From: Candidatus Avispirillum sp.
GTDB lineage: Bacteria; Bacillota; Clostridia; Oscillospirales; CAG-272
Assembly (NCBI GenBank): GCA_045597805.1
Contig: JAZLKW010000077.1
Span: forward strand, 3,792 to 67,791
DNA: 64,000 nucleotides
Reading direction: 5' to 3'
Position numbers and translations under genes: made by a program. Under the pieces are notes generated by a model. The model saw only the letters and a list, made by a program, of their open reading frames with translations. It was not told where the DNA came from and searched no databases. Shown here piece by piece: positions 38,301 through 48,057 of this stretch (positions are counted from its first letter, which is position 1; each line of letters begins with the position of its first letter).

Positions 38301-38441
38301 GCGATCCTCGAAAAGTCTCCCGAGGAGTTCTCGAAGGCAGTCCTCGCCGACTCCCTCGCATACGAAAACGCCCCTGCCGACGGCGTTTCCAAGGACTGGA
38401 ACATCAACGGCGAAGACGTTACGATCACTATTAAGAGATAA
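35325..38441 (+). CDS. ileS: Isoleucyl-tRNA synthetase (long, type-2-like form)
   Basis: Start at MYKKVPTDLNF (AAGGAG RBS). HIGH = PHIGHVLT, KMSKS = KMSKSKGN. 1038 aa. Confidence 0.97.
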   Translation: MYKKVPTDLNFVEREKETLKFWNEAGITKKALHERHGDTTYTFYDGPPTANGKPHIGHVLTRVIKDMIPRYHAMKGAYVPRKAGWDTHGLPVELEVEKLLGINGKEQIELYGIAPFIEKCKESVWKYKGMWEDFSDTVGFWADMEDPYVTYHNTYIESEWWALKKIWDKGLLYKGFKIVPYCPRCGTPLSSHEVAQGYKDVKERSAIAKFKIPGEDTYFLAWTTTPWTLPSNTALCVNPDETYVKVKTEDAVYILAEKLCDKVLGEGAYEVIEKYVGRDLEGKEYEPLYRFVSPKEKCWFVTCDNYVTMEDGTGIVHIAPAFGEDDARIGRNYNLPLIQLVNEKGEMTENTDWAGEFVKDADKLILKSLKELGLLFSAPNFEHSYPHCWRCGTPLIYYARESWYIKMTEVRDDLIKNNNTINWIPESIGKGRFGDWLENVQDWALSRNRYWGTPLNIWECKCGKRHAIGSIEELKAMSDNCPDEIELHRPYIDAVTIKCPDCGGEMKRVPEVIDCWFDSGSMPFAQHHYPFENKEKFEEQFPAQFISEAVDQTRGWFYSLLAISTLLFDKAPFENVIVLGLVQDEDGQKMSKSKGNAVDPFNALETHGADAIRWYFYTNSAPWLPSRFSDKAVTEGQRKFMGTLQNTYAFWVLYANIDNFDPTKHHLEFDKLTVMDKFILSRLNSTVKDTDANLAAYKIPEAAKCLSTFVDELSNWYVRRSRERFWVSDMTDDKIAAYMTLYTCLVTLAEAAAPMIPFMAEDIYRNLVCTVDSTAPESVHFCSYPDVNEALIDKKLEEDMEFILDAVVLGRSARNGANIKNRQPLSEICIKTDREVSDYYKEIVEEELNVKCATFSADISQISSYSFKPQLRTVGPKYGKYLGGIKEYLASVDGNAAMAQIEETGALTFEVNGDKIELTRDDLLIDVSQKEGWFSVADNGLTAALCTTLTDELIEEGYIRELISKVQTMRKDSDFNVTDHIAVTVCGSDKLKAILEKSPEEFSKAVLADSLAYENAPADGVSKDWNINGEDVTITIKR

Positions 38442-38447
38442 ATGTAA

Positions 38448-38478
38448 AGCGCTCTGTCCGATAGGACAGAGCGCTGTT
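38448..38478. terminator. Bidirectional terminator between ileS and the convergent operon
   Basis: agcgctctgtcc-gat-aggacagagcgct followed by gtttt. Confidence 0.8.
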
Positions 38479-39585
38479 TTACTGTTTATAATAAGCGACG
38501 GCAAGATCCACGACCATGCCGTAGCTTTTGACCCCTGCGGTTCCCTGGCTTTGCAGGTATGCGTCGTTAAGTTTGTCCGATACCTCCGATGCTGTGCTGT
38601 CACGGTATTTGTCAAAGAACTCCGAATAAGCTTTCAGCTCCGTCCTCACCCTCGGGTCCAAAGAGCCCGCGGCGGAAGAATAAAGCGTTGTATCGGCAGA
38701 ATACAGGGGGCCCGCCAGATATTCGTACATATTGAGATAGCCGCAGTACCTCAGATACGGGTCATCGGATGCGGTACACACCAGAAAAGCGATGAAATTC
38801 GCCTCGTCCTCCTTGGATATTCCCCGCTGGTGCGCCATCTCGTGGGCGGCGGTGAATGCTGTGACGTATTCGGGATAATTGGTATTGATGTTGGCTTCTC
38901 CCGTAAAGAACGTGTATATCCCCGACAGATGGGTGTACGTCATATATTTACTGATGACGAGGGGTTTTACGCCCGAGCTGAAATCGTTGATAAAGTCATG
39001 AGCTGCGCAGACCTTACCGTAAGCGGTGCATATCTTTTTGTTCAGTTCCCCCCAGCCGTACGGCATGACGGAAAAGCCATCGGGCGCGAAGGAAATATTA
39101 TCGGAGCAGGAATTGAGCTCACTCACTACGATCATCTGCGTGTGGTAAAGGTCTCCCGCCGATACCTCTTTTCTTTCAAGAGACAGCTTATCCTCAAGAG
39201 GCGCTCCTCTGTAACCGGAGGCAAAGCCTATAACAAATTCCGAATATATAAGCATGGGTATGCAGAGAAGAAAGCATATGGATCGTACGAGATATCGCTT
39301 TCCCCGCCCCGCATATCTGCAAAGGCAGACCGTAAGCGCGACGATGAGGACGAGAGAGGAAAAAAGAAGAAATTCCGCCAAAGAAAACGGGGTGATGCCG
39401 GAGATTTTCGCTGCGGCCATTCTGAAAAAGTAACCTGCAGTGACGTTAAACTTGTCGGAAAACGCGGGGGACTTAATAAAAGCCCGGTGAAGCACGCCGC
39501 AAATGGCGCACAGCACTGCGATCACCCAAAACAGTACGGGCACGTCGCGGGACTTTTTTATTTTCTCTCTTTTATCTCTCTGCAT
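38479..39585 (-). CDS. DUF3810-family membrane protein (putative zinc metallopeptidase-like, HExxH)
   Basis: N-terminal TM helices and the motif TAAHEMAHQRG. The start overlaps the upstream gene by 28 nt. Confidence 0.75.
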   Translation of the reverse strand: MQRDKREKIKKSRDVPVLFWVIAVLCAICGVLHRAFIKSPAFSDKFNVTAGYFFRMAAAKISGITPFSLAEFLLFSSLVLIVALTVCLCRYAGRGKRYLVRSICFLLCIPMLIYSEFVIGFASGYRGAPLEDKLSLERKEVSAGDLYHTQMIVVSELNSCSDNISFAPDGFSVMPYGWGELNKKICTAYGKVCAAHDFINDFSSGVKPLVISKYMTYTHLSGIYTFFTGEANINTNYPEYVTAFTAAHEMAHQRGISKEDEANFIAFLVCTASDDPYLRYCGYLNMYEYLAGPLYSADTTLYSSAAGSLDPRVRTELKAYSEFFDKYRDSTASEVSDKLNDAYLQSQGTAGVKSYGMVVDLAVAYYKQ

Positions 39586-40538
39586 TTTTCTCTTAATTCT
39601 TCTATATCTCCGTGAATTTCTCTTCTGAATGCTTCATCTACCGTATCCGCCGCATTTCCCAGCGCCTCATGCATATCGCCGGGGATCGGCGAGAAGATTT
39701 CCCGCACGCCGCCCTCCGGATGAGGAAATGAAAGGTAAGCGGAATGGAGAGCATGGCGCCCGATCTTGTCCGTATTCCCGCCGTACATGGTATCACCCAA
39801 AAGCGGACATCCAATATGCGAAAAGTGGACTCGGAGCTGATGGGTCCTGCCCGTAACAGGAGACGCGATGACGGCGCAGATGCTGTCACCGGAATAAAGG
39901 ACCTTATAAGCTGTCAGTGCCAGCCTCGCTTTTTCTTCGTTTTTTTCGCAGACACGGCGCTTGATTATGCTGTCGTCAACGCGCTTCATGTACGTTTCTA
40001 TTATGCCGGATGGCTCGGGAGGCTCTTTTTCGAGAAGTGCGAGATAGTATTTTCCGATCTCGCCGCCCACCATGGAAAGGTAAAGCCGGGACGCGGCAAG
40101 ACGGGTACGCGCTGTCAGCATGAGCCCGCTGGTATCGCGGTCGAGCCTGTTGACCGGACGGAAAACAAAGGGTGCGTCGGAATACCTGAACGCCAAAGCG
40201 TTCGCCACCGTATCAAGTCTGTGCTGATAGGAGGGGTGCGCCGGCATCATGGGAGGCTTATCCACCACAGTCACGTGTTCATCCTCATAGGCTATGTCAA
40301 GCGGCAGGTCCGCGGGGATCATGTAAGGACAGGTGTCGTCCTCAGTATCGTCGGTCTTCAGCTTCAGAACGTCGCCCTCACAGAGTACGTATCGGACCGT
40401 CACGAAAAATCCGTTGACGGTTATGCCGTTCTCTCTGAATTTCAGTTTTTTCACCATGCCGCCGGAGAATTTCAAATCACGGAACAGAAATTCCTTTACG
40501 GTTCGGCCGGAAAGCTTTTCATCTATCACAAATTCCAT
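39558..40538 (-). CDS. RluA-family pseudouridine synthase
   Basis: Start at MEFVIDEK. Catalytic HRLDRDTSGL-type motif (VNRLDRDTSGLML) and GRTHQLRVH. Confidence 0.88.
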   Translation of the reverse strand: MEFVIDEKLSGRTVKEFLFRDLKFSGGMVKKLKFRENGITVNGFFVTVRYVLCEGDVLKLKTDDTEDDTCPYMIPADLPLDIAYEDEHVTVVDKPPMMPAHPSYQHRLDTVANALAFRYSDAPFVFRPVNRLDRDTSGLMLTARTRLAASRLYLSMVGGEIGKYYLALLEKEPPEPSGIIETYMKRVDDSIIKRRVCEKNEEKARLALTAYKVLYSGDSICAVIASPVTGRTHQLRVHFSHIGCPLLGDTMYGGNTDKIGRHALHSAYLSFPHPEGGVREIFSPIPGDMHEALGNAADTVDEAFRREIHGDIEELREKCREIKERK

Positions 40539-42127
40539 TTTTTCTTCCTCATTAGCGAATACGCGAGAATTGAACATACATAGACGGTACCCGCGGGGAC
40601 GATAATGTTCCCCACTCTCGCGTAAAGTGTCATATCGCTTATCATCTTGACGTCGGCGGTGATATATCCCCGTTTCCCGTCGCCCAGAGAGGCTATGACC
40701 TCCCCCGTTGGGGAAATTACCGATGAAATGCCCGTATTTGCGGCTCTGACGGCATACCGTCCGCATTCCACGGCACGCAGTACCGCTTGCTTATTATGCT
40801 GTCTGAGCGCCGGACTGCCCGCAAACCAGGAGTCGTTTGTAGAGACCAGAATGAGCTGGGAGCCCTCGCGTACCCCCTCAAGACACAGCTTTTCAAATAT
40901 TGAGTCAAAGCAGACGAGAGCGCTGACCCGGCCCTCGGGGACGGTGAAAACCTCCGCTCGATCACCTGGGCTAAGGGGGGCATCGATGGCGGCAAACCTT
41001 GCAAGAGGCGGACATATCACATCAATAACGTTTTCGTACGGAACGTATTCTCCGAAAGGCACAAGATGGCGCTTCGCGTAGTATTTTTCGGAAACGCCGT
41101 CTTCCGTTACGGGGAAAACGATGTTTTTGAGATCTCCGTCCTCATATTTGAAGAATGTGGCAATGATATCGGCATCAGCGCCTTTTCTGACACTTTTGAT
41201 ATATTCCTCGTACTCACCGCCGGGTTCGTAGTTATAAGGAATGGCAGTCTCCGGCCAAAGGATGAGCTCGGCGCCGTCCCGTGCCGCCTCAACAGTAAGG
41301 TCACGGTAGAGCACTTTTATATAGTCTTCCTTGTCGGCTATTTTCTCTTCAAAGAGAATATTTCCCTGAAGGGCGGCGATCTTTACGCTCTCGCCCTCAT
41401 AATGTTCACCGGCAATGCGGACGGTACCGTACAGGTAATTCGCGAAAAACACGGCAAAAGCTGCGGCAAGCGACAACAGAGCGCGCCGCGCTTTTCTCTC
41501 TGTCATCGCTTTTGCCGATCGGCAAAGTATGCAGGCACAAAGGATGACGATAAATGTCACGAAGTAGGAACCAAACAGGGACGCCGACTGTATAAGAGGC
41601 CTTACTTCCGCCTGCCCCACAGCGACCCTCGCCCACGGTACTCCCGCAAAGGTGAGTGTCTGGAGCCACTCTGAGATCGACCACAGAAAAGCGACTGCCG
41701 GGAAGACAGCGAAGCCCGCCCGCTCAATCGCACCGCTCCGTCTTACCGCTGCAATAAATACGAAAATCAATGCTGAGAAAACAGCCTGCAAGAGAGGCAG
41801 AAGCGTCATCGCCATAACTATTACTAAAATGGCGTCCCACTTGCCGTAACCGAGATAATCTATGGGATAAATACTGCAAAACCACGAAAAAGCGACAAAA
41901 TACGAACACCAGAAGAAAAGAACGCCGCGTCCCCACGCCGAACCGAAAGGATGCTTCTCCTGACTGATGCAGTAAAACTCGGCAAACAGCACCGGCACCG
42001 GCGCGATCCATGCCAGAATGAAAGCTTTTTCAAAAACCAGAGGTAAAGAAAAAAGAAAACCGGAAACGGCACAGAGACAAAGCCGCAGAATGCGGCTCCC
42101 GTCTCTGTTTTTTCCGGTATTTTTCAT
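40526..42127 (-). CDS. lnt: Apolipoprotein N-acyltransferase (CN-hydrolase membrane enzyme)
   Basis: Multi-TM N-terminus plus a nitrilase-like domain with the E-K-C triad context (ELILWPE, KRHLVPFGEYVP, ALVCFDSIF). ATGA overlap with the upstream gene. Confidence 0.85.
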   Translation of the reverse strand: MKNTGKNRDGSRILRLCLCAVSGFLFSLPLVFEKAFILAWIAPVPVLFAEFYCISQEKHPFGSAWGRGVLFFWCSYFVAFSWFCSIYPIDYLGYGKWDAILVIVMAMTLLPLLQAVFSALIFVFIAAVRRSGAIERAGFAVFPAVAFLWSISEWLQTLTFAGVPWARVAVGQAEVRPLIQSASLFGSYFVTFIVILCACILCRSAKAMTERKARRALLSLAAAFAVFFANYLYGTVRIAGEHYEGESVKIAALQGNILFEEKIADKEDYIKVLYRDLTVEAARDGAELILWPETAIPYNYEPGGEYEEYIKSVRKGADADIIATFFKYEDGDLKNIVFPVTEDGVSEKYYAKRHLVPFGEYVPYENVIDVICPPLARFAAIDAPLSPGDRAEVFTVPEGRVSALVCFDSIFEKLCLEGVREGSQLILVSTNDSWFAGSPALRQHNKQAVLRAVECGRYAVRAANTGISSVISPTGEVIASLGDGKRGYITADVKMISDMTLYARVGNIIVPAGTVYVCSILAYSLMRKKKWNL

Positions 42128-43113
42128 TTTTCGTCTCCGAACAGCTTTAAAAATCCGATCTTTCCGCGGTCCGCGGCAAAGCTCTTTCCGGACAAATAGG
42201 AAAGACAGCCGTCAGACTCGCCGAAGGTCACTTTATAAGAATACAGCGCCTGATATTTATATCCGAGCTTTCTGTCCTCGCGGTTTTCGGCGTACTTACC
42301 CTCACCCAGAAGCGGGTGGCCGACGGACGCCATATGCGCCCTTATCTGATGGGTCCTGCCTGTCTCAAGGTGGACCTCAAGCAGGGACAGATCGTTTGTT
42401 TTGTCATATTTTTCCGTTTTATATGAGGTGACGATGCTCTTTGCGCCCCTCCGTTCATCTTTTGTGACTGTAACGGTTTTCGTCTTTGAATTTTTGAAAA
42501 GGTAACCCGTCAGAGTCCCGTCACGGGGCGTCATTTTACCGTGTACGGCGCAGAGGTAGCGCTTGTCCACAAGACCGTCTGCTATAAGTCTGTTCATCTC
42601 GCGAAGCGCCTCAGCGTTTTTCGCGGCGATGACCAGCCCGCCCGTGTTGCGGTCTATCCTATTGCAGAGAGCGGGCGCGAAGGTCTGCTCCGCTTTGGGA
42701 TCGTACTCGCCGTTTTTATAAAGGTATGCCTGTATCATAAAGATGAGGGTGTCGCGCTCCGGGATCGTCGCCGCGCCGTTTTCACCCTTGTCGCCCGTAT
42801 GGGAAAGCACTCCCGGACGTTTTGAGCAAATTATGATATTCCCGTCCTCATATACTACGTCAAGATTTATCTTAATTCTGTCGAACTCTGCGGTCTCTGC
42901 GGAATTTTTATAAAACTCATCTGGTATATAAAGCTCCACAACGTCACCCGCGCAAAGGATATCTCCTTCCTTTGCCCTTTTCCCGTTGACCTTTATACGC
43001 TTTTTGCGGATGTATTTATACATCAGCGGCGCGGGTATCGAGCAAAGCGCCTTCGTCAGGTACTTGTCAAGCCTCTGCCCGCCGTCGTTTTTATTGAGTT
43101 TAAGTGTTATCAT
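42124..43113 (-). CDS. RluA/RluD-family pseudouridine synthase with an S4 domain
   Basis: S4-like QRLDKYLTKAL. NRIDRNTGGLV and GRTHQIRAH. No obvious SD; the start lies 8 nt after the upp terminator T-run. Confidence 0.85.
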   Translation of the reverse strand: MITLKLNKNDGGQRLDKYLTKALCSIPAPLMYKYIRKKRIKVNGKRAKEGDILCAGDVVELYIPDEFYKNSAETAEFDRIKINLDVVYEDGNIIICSKRPGVLSHTGDKGENGAATIPERDTLIFMIQAYLYKNGEYDPKAEQTFAPALCNRIDRNTGGLVIAAKNAEALREMNRLIADGLVDKRYLCAVHGKMTPRDGTLTGYLFKNSKTKTVTVTKDERRGAKSIVTSYKTEKYDKTNDLSLLEVHLETGRTHQIRAHMASVGHPLLGEGKYAENREDRKLGYKYQALYSYKVTFGESDGCLSYLSGKSFAADRGKIGFLKLFGDEK

Positions 43114-43134
43114 ATTTCAAAAGGGGTCGGGCAA
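43105..43134 (-). terminator. upp terminator
   Basis: On the minus strand: ggggtcgg-ctttgc-ccgacccc followed by tttt. Confidence 0.7.
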
Positions 43135-43151
43135 AGCCGACCCCACAGGTT

Positions 43152-43781
43152 TTATTTCGTTCCGAACAGTCTGTCTCCGGCATCGCCCAGGCCGGGGATG
43201 ATGTACTTGTTCTCGTTGAGCTTCTCGTCCATGGCGGCGATATAGATATCGACGTCGGGATGGTCAGCCATGACCTTCTCTGCGCCCTCGGGTGCACCGA
43301 CCAGGCACATGAGCTTAATGGTAGAACAGCCGCGCTTCTTCAGCATCGCGATCGCGTCAGATGCGCTTCCACCTGTAGCCAGCATGGGGTCAACGACTAT
43401 AACGATACGCTCGTCGATGTCGGGAGGCATCTTGCAGTAATACTCAACGGGGGTGTGGGTCTCGGGGTCACGGTACAGGCCGATATGTCCGACCTTTGCC
43501 ACGGGAACCAGGCTGAGAATACCGTCAACCATTCCGAGGCCTGCGCGGAGTATCGGTACTACCGCCAGCTTTTTGCCGGAAATGGTCTTAGCCTTCATCT
43601 TTGAAACGGGAGTTTCTATCTCAACGTCTTCCAGAGGAAGGTCTCTCGTTATTTCATAGGCCATGAGCATGGATATCTCGTTCAGAAGCTGACGGAAATC
43701 CTTTGCTCCGGTCTCTTTCTTTCTCATAAGCGTAAGCTTATGTGTAATCATAGGATGATCAAGTACGTGCAGGCTGCCCAT
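43152..43781 (-). CDS. upp: Uracil phosphoribosyltransferase
   Basis: [51 protein letters not shown]. Confidence 0.96.
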   Translation of the reverse strand: MGSLHVLDHPMITHKLTLMRKKETGAKDFRQLLNEISMLMAYEITRDLPLEDVEIETPVSKMKAKTISGKKLAVVPILRAGLGMVDGILSLVPVAKVGHIGLYRDPETHTPVEYYCKMPPDIDERIVIVVDPMLATGGSASDAIAMLKKRGCSTIKLMCLVGAPEGAEKVMADHPDVDIYIAAMDEKLNENKYIIPGLGDAGDRLFGTK

Positions 43782-43823
43782 AATGTCCTCTTTTCCGCGT
43801 TTCCGCTCATAATTATTTTATTA

Positions 43824-43852
43824 ATTATAAACCCGTTTACGTTCTTTTTCAA
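43824..43852 (-). promoter_or_regulatory. upp promoter
   Basis: On the minus strand: TTGAAA (43847-43852), a 17-nt spacer, then TATAAT (43824-43829). Confidence 0.55.
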
Positions 43853-43889
43853 GTATATTCGGCAAAAAACTGACAAATATTTGCGCCGG

Positions 43890-44597
43890 TCAGTTTTCGA
43901 AGCCCGAGAATATGCACTCGTCGTATTTCACCCACAGCTCGGGGCTCAGCTCGCAGTGCTCCGGTGTCTCGGAAATGAAATATTCAACTCGGTGTCCGCG
44001 CTTCAGCTTTTCGACGAAGGGATCGGTCTGGTGATCTTTTCTTATTATGTTGTCGCCGGTGCACTGAAATACGTAATAAGGGATGTCGGGCAGGTCGTCA
44101 ACCCGGTTTATAGGGCTGTGATCGTGAAGAGACTTTGCGAAATTACCCTCGTGATAAAAGGCTTCCTTTATGGTTTTCGCCCTCCAGGGGTCGTCGCCCT
44201 CAAATATCTCGCAATCGCACAGAGGACAGTTCACCGTGCAGGACAGAAGCTTTCTCTTTGTGTACACAGCGTACATCAAAGACTCGTATCCGCCCATGCT
44301 TCCACCTGCAACGCAGAGTTTTTCGTCAATATTAGGATATTTTTCTCCTAGGATATCTACTATTCTCTCGGTTATCTCAAAAGCCTGCGGATTCATCCAG
44401 GACCAGGGATTCGTCATGGGTTTTACAAGAATGATACCGCGGTCTGCGAACTTTTTCGCGCGCTCGTCGGGCTCCCAGTAAGCTCCCGTAAGATTGAGTC
44501 CATGGAACTCTATACATATTCCGCGGGGCTCTCCTGAAAGAAGATTTTCGTTTGTATAGGTAAACAGCGTATAGTTGCTTTGATCAAGCGGAGACAT
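43890..44597 (-). CDS. Alpha/beta-hydrolase (prolyl oligopeptidase/esterase-like serine hydrolase)
   Basis: Start at MSPLDQ (GGAGG 8 nt upstream). Nucleophile elbow GGSMGG. Confidence 0.65.
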   Translation of the reverse strand: MSPLDQSNYTLFTYTNENLLSGEPRGICIEFHGLNLTGAYWEPDERAKKFADRGIILVKPMTNPWSWMNPQAFEITERIVDILGEKYPNIDEKLCVAGGSMGGYESLMYAVYTKRKLLSCTVNCPLCDCEIFEGDDPWRAKTIKEAFYHEGNFAKSLHDHSPINRVDDLPDIPYYVFQCTGDNIIRKDHQTDPFVEKLKRGHRVEYFISETPEHCELSPELWVKYDECIFSGFEN

Positions 44598-44676
44598 GGC
44601 TCGCACCTCCCTTACTTCATTAATGTGATTGTATCATATATTCGTGTCTTTTACAAGCGAAAAAACACTGATTTCA

Positions 44677-44704
44677 TTGACTTTTATGATATTTGTGGTA
44701 TAAT
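44677..44704 (+). promoter_or_regulatory. wecE operon promoter (extended -10)
   Basis: TTGACT (44677-44682), a 16-nt spacer, then TGgTATAAT (44696-44704). Confidence 0.55.
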
Positions 44705-44747
44705 TGTATGCAGGAAAAATGTGTGATTCCGTCAAAGAGGTAAATAT

Positions 44748-45875
44748 ATGATAAGCTTTAACGTTCCGCCTTATGTAGGCACCGAGGAGAAGTATATAAA
44801 AGAGGCCATCGAAAGCCGTAAAATATGCGGCGACGGCGCCTTTACGAAGAAATGTCAGAAATGGCTGGAAGAGCGCTTTTCCTGCCCCAAGATCCTTCTG
44901 ACCACCAGCGGAAGCACCGCCCTCGACATGGCGGCGCTCCTTTGTAATCTTGACCCCGGCGATGAGGTCATCCTCCCCAGCTACACCTTTTCAAGCACCG
45001 CAAATTCCTTCGCGATATACGGCGCGAAGCTCGTTTTCGTCGATATCCGTCCCGATACGCTCAATATCGACGAAACAAAAATAGAAGCCGCCATAACAGA
45101 TAAAACAAAAGTGATCGTTGCCATGCACTACGCCGGCGTCGCCTGCGAAATGGACGCCATCATGGATATAGCACAGCGCCACGGTCTTCTGGTCGTAGAG
45201 GACGCGGCACAGGCAGTCATGAGCACCTATAAGGGAAAGCCTCTGGGCACCATCGGCGATCTGGGGTGCTATTCCTTCCACGAAACGAAAAACTATTCAA
45301 TGGGTGAGGGCGGCGCAGTCCTCATCAACAACGAGAAATTCATAGAGCGCTCCGAGATAATCCGCGAGAAAGGCACCAACAGAAGCATCTTTCTCCGCGG
45401 TCAGGTTGATAAATACACCTGGGTCGATATCGGTGACAGCTTTTTGCCCAGCGAGCTCTGCGCCGCGTATCTGTGGGCACAGCTGGAGGTAGCAGACGAA
45501 ATAAACGATAATCGTCTTGCCGTGTGGCACAAATACGATGAAGCTTTCAAGCCGATTGAGGCTGAGGGGAAGCTCACTCTTCCCACCATCCCCGCGGACT
45601 GTGAGCATAATGCTCATATGTACTATCTCAAGTGCCGCGACCTCGAGGAGCGAACAGCCTTTATCTCCTACATGAAAGAAAAAGGTGTCCAGTGCACCTT
45701 CCATTACGTTCCTCTCCATTCCGCGCCCGCCGGTGAAAAATTCGGCAGATTCTGCGGCGAGGACGCATACACTACCAAAGAAAGCGAACGGCTCGTCCGT
45801 CTTCCCATGTACTACGGTCTCACGGATGAGGATTCGGAACGGGTCATCGAAGCTGTCATTTCATTCTTCGCCTGA
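44748..45875 (+). CDS. wecE: dTDP-4-amino-4,6-dideoxygalactose transaminase (DegT/DnrJ/EryC1 family, WecE-like)
   Basis: Collinear resemblance to E. coli WecE over the whole length (FNVPPYVGTE..., CGDGAFTKKCQKWLEERF, SFHETKNY, REKGTNRS, VDKYTWVDIGDS, YTTKESERLVRLP). Confidence 0.9.
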   Translation: MISFNVPPYVGTEEKYIKEAIESRKICGDGAFTKKCQKWLEERFSCPKILLTTSGSTALDMAALLCNLDPGDEVILPSYTFSSTANSFAIYGAKLVFVDIRPDTLNIDETKIEAAITDKTKVIVAMHYAGVACEMDAIMDIAQRHGLLVVEDAAQAVMSTYKGKPLGTIGDLGCYSFHETKNYSMGEGGAVLINNEKFIERSEIIREKGTNRSIFLRGQVDKYTWVDIGDSFLPSELCAAYLWAQLEVADEINDNRLAVWHKYDEAFKPIEAEGKLTLPTIPADCEHNAHMYYLKCRDLEERTAFISYMKEKGVQCTFHYVPLHSAPAGEKFGRFCGEDAYTTKESERLVRLPMYYGLTDEDSERVIEAVISFFA

Positions 45876-45901
45876 AACATCAGCCATAACGGAGCATCCG
45901 A

Positions 45902-48031
45902 ATGATCTTTCTGTACGCTTTTGCCTTATTCCTGCTTTTGTTCCCGCCGGAATTTAAGGTGATACCTTTCGTGTTTCTCGCCGTTCTGGCAGCGGCGGTC
46001 TTCTGCCGCGCAGTTTTGAAAAAGAGACACACGACTGCAAAAGATCTCCTCCGTGCCCCGTTCCTGCTGATTTTATCATCCCTCGTTATCGACGTGCGTA
46101 TCGCACAGGCTTTCTATGCCAGATGGGACCAGTCCGTTATAGCCGCGAGAGTATCCGCGCTGATTGGCGTAAAGGCACAGTGGCTCGTCGCCGCAGGCGC
46201 CGTCGTGCTTGCCCTGTTATCGTTTTTTGCCGTACTTTCCTTTCTCTTCTCCGTTTATCACGCAATTGACGAAAGAAAACGTTTTCACAGAGAATCACCG
46301 AACCGCTTTCTGACCTCATCAGTCAGCAGAGCGCCAGAGGCGGCGATTGTCGCGACTGTATATACCGCCCTGTTCTACGCCTCGCAGAGTATGCTCATTC
46401 TGTGGAGCACCACTGACAATTACAGGATCTCGCAGGTGCTGAACGGCGTTTATTCCGACGAAAACTACTGCATTTTCCTGCACCCGTTCATCTCATTTAT
46501 TGTTAAAGGGATGAGCCGTATCCTTCCTCACGCGGACTGCTTCGTCCTGCTCACGGAGATCCTGCTTCTCATCGGAGTATGGTGCCTTACCTATCTTCTT
46601 GTGACGAGCCTAAAAAGGATAAACGCATTCATCGTTTTCGTCCTCATCTGCCTTTTCAACCTTGACCTGAACATACTCCATTCCGCGTTTACTGTGACGG
46701 CGACCTTTCTCACGGGAATCGGCTTTATCTGCCTCTACTCATGGATAAGACGGCGCGCCGCACTTCCCTTCGGGATCGTCGGTGCCGTGCTGATGCTGTT
46801 CGGCTTTATGTGGCGCTACGACGCGTTTATAATGACGCTTCCTTTTATCGGTCTTGCCGTCGTCTCCGACGTCGTTATCGGCACTACGAAGAAGGAAATG
46901 GACAGAAAAGCTCTTGTTAGGCTTATTGCAAGTGCAGCTCTCGTCGCATTTCTCTGTACCGGTGCGAGAATATACGTCAGATATTACAATTCCGGCGGCA
47001 GATATGCCGACGGTATTACCTACAACACATACAGGAGCGATATGTGTGACTACCGCAGCGACGACTGCTCGGATATAGTCGATGAGCTCCGTGCCGCCGG
47101 TTATTCGGAAAACGACTACGCCATGGCACGGAATCTGATTCTGCTTGACACCGAAAGAATAGACACGGAGTTTCTCCGGGGGCTCTCCGAAATAAGTGAG
47201 AAAACGTCCACTGAAAAGATTGCCTCGCTTGGCAGCGGCATAAACGCTCTGTGCGACAGATTTTCCATGAACGCTCCGTTCTATTATTTTAACGCGGTCG
47301 CCCTGTTATTCGTACTGTACCTCGATTTTACCTCAAAGGCGCATCTTATTCGGAAGCTTGAAATAGTGTTCGCCATACTCGGCGCCGCTCTTATGCTCCT
47401 CTACGTCGCATATCTCGGTCATATCCCGGTTTACGTAGTCAAGAGTATCGTCTGCGGCGTTTGGATAGTCTCAGCGTCCGTATTCACCGTCGAAAAAGCA
47501 AAGCTCGGTGAGCACTCAGTCGTAAAGCAGATCGCGTTTCTGTGCGCACTGCTCTTTGCGACCTACACCCCCGCTCTATTTGATAATTACGATATCACGA
47601 CGAAAAGCATCACGGAGACCTCGCTGACCGCACGTGACTACGATTATTTCGATTCAGCCGAGCTTGACAAAATAGACTCGTCGGACGATGCCATATTCAT
47701 ATGGAGCGTCTTCGAGCGAAACGCGCTTGTATACAGGAACGCGAGGCTTTCCTCTAAAATGGAAAACAGGGACTTTCTATCCCATAATCTGCTGGACGGC
47801 GAGTGGATATACGGACAGCCGTATTTTGAGGATTTTCTCGAAGAATCCGGTATCGAGAATCCCATACGGGCACTGACGGACAAAAGGGCCACCTACTATA
47901 TCGCTCCGGAGGACAGATGTGAAATAGTCCTCACCTATATCCGCGAGCACTACTGTAAATCCGTTGACGCCGAGCAGGTAGGCACCGTATACGGCCGCCC
48001 GGTTTGGCAATTTATAAAACACAAACCCTGA
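45902..48031 (+). CDS. Uncharacterised polytopic membrane protein (candidate GT-C-like transferase); paralogue of 33119-34996
   Basis: 709 aa with more than 12 TM helices and a C-terminal soluble domain. It lies between wecE and rfbA. The function call is inference only. Confidence 0.7.
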   Translation: MIFLYAFALFLLLFPPEFKVIPFVFLAVLAAAVFCRAVLKKRHTTAKDLLRAPFLLILSSLVIDVRIAQAFYARWDQSVIAARVSALIGVKAQWLVAAGAVVLALLSFFAVLSFLFSVYHAIDERKRFHRESPNRFLTSSVSRAPEAAIVATVYTALFYASQSMLILWSTTDNYRISQVLNGVYSDENYCIFLHPFISFIVKGMSRILPHADCFVLLTEILLLIGVWCLTYLLVTSLKRINAFIVFVLICLFNLDLNILHSAFTVTATFLTGIGFICLYSWIRRRAALPFGIVGAVLMLFGFMWRYDAFIMTLPFIGLAVVSDVVIGTTKKEMDRKALVRLIASAALVAFLCTGARIYVRYYNSGGRYADGITYNTYRSDMCDYRSDDCSDIVDELRAAGYSENDYAMARNLILLDTERIDTEFLRGLSEISEKTSTEKIASLGSGINALCDRFSMNAPFYYFNAVALLFVLYLDFTSKAHLIRKLEIVFAILGAALMLLYVAYLGHIPVYVVKSIVCGVWIVSASVFTVEKAKLGEHSVVKQIAFLCALLFATYTPALFDNYDITTKSITETSLTARDYDYFDSAELDKIDSSDDAIFIWSVFERNALVYRNARLSSKMENRDFLSHNLLDGEWIYGQPYFEDFLEESGIENPIRALTDKRATYYIAPEDRCEIVLTYIREHYCKSVDAEQVGTVYGRPVWQFIKHKP

Positions 48032-48057
48032 AAGAGCAAAGAAAGCAGAGGTAACAA

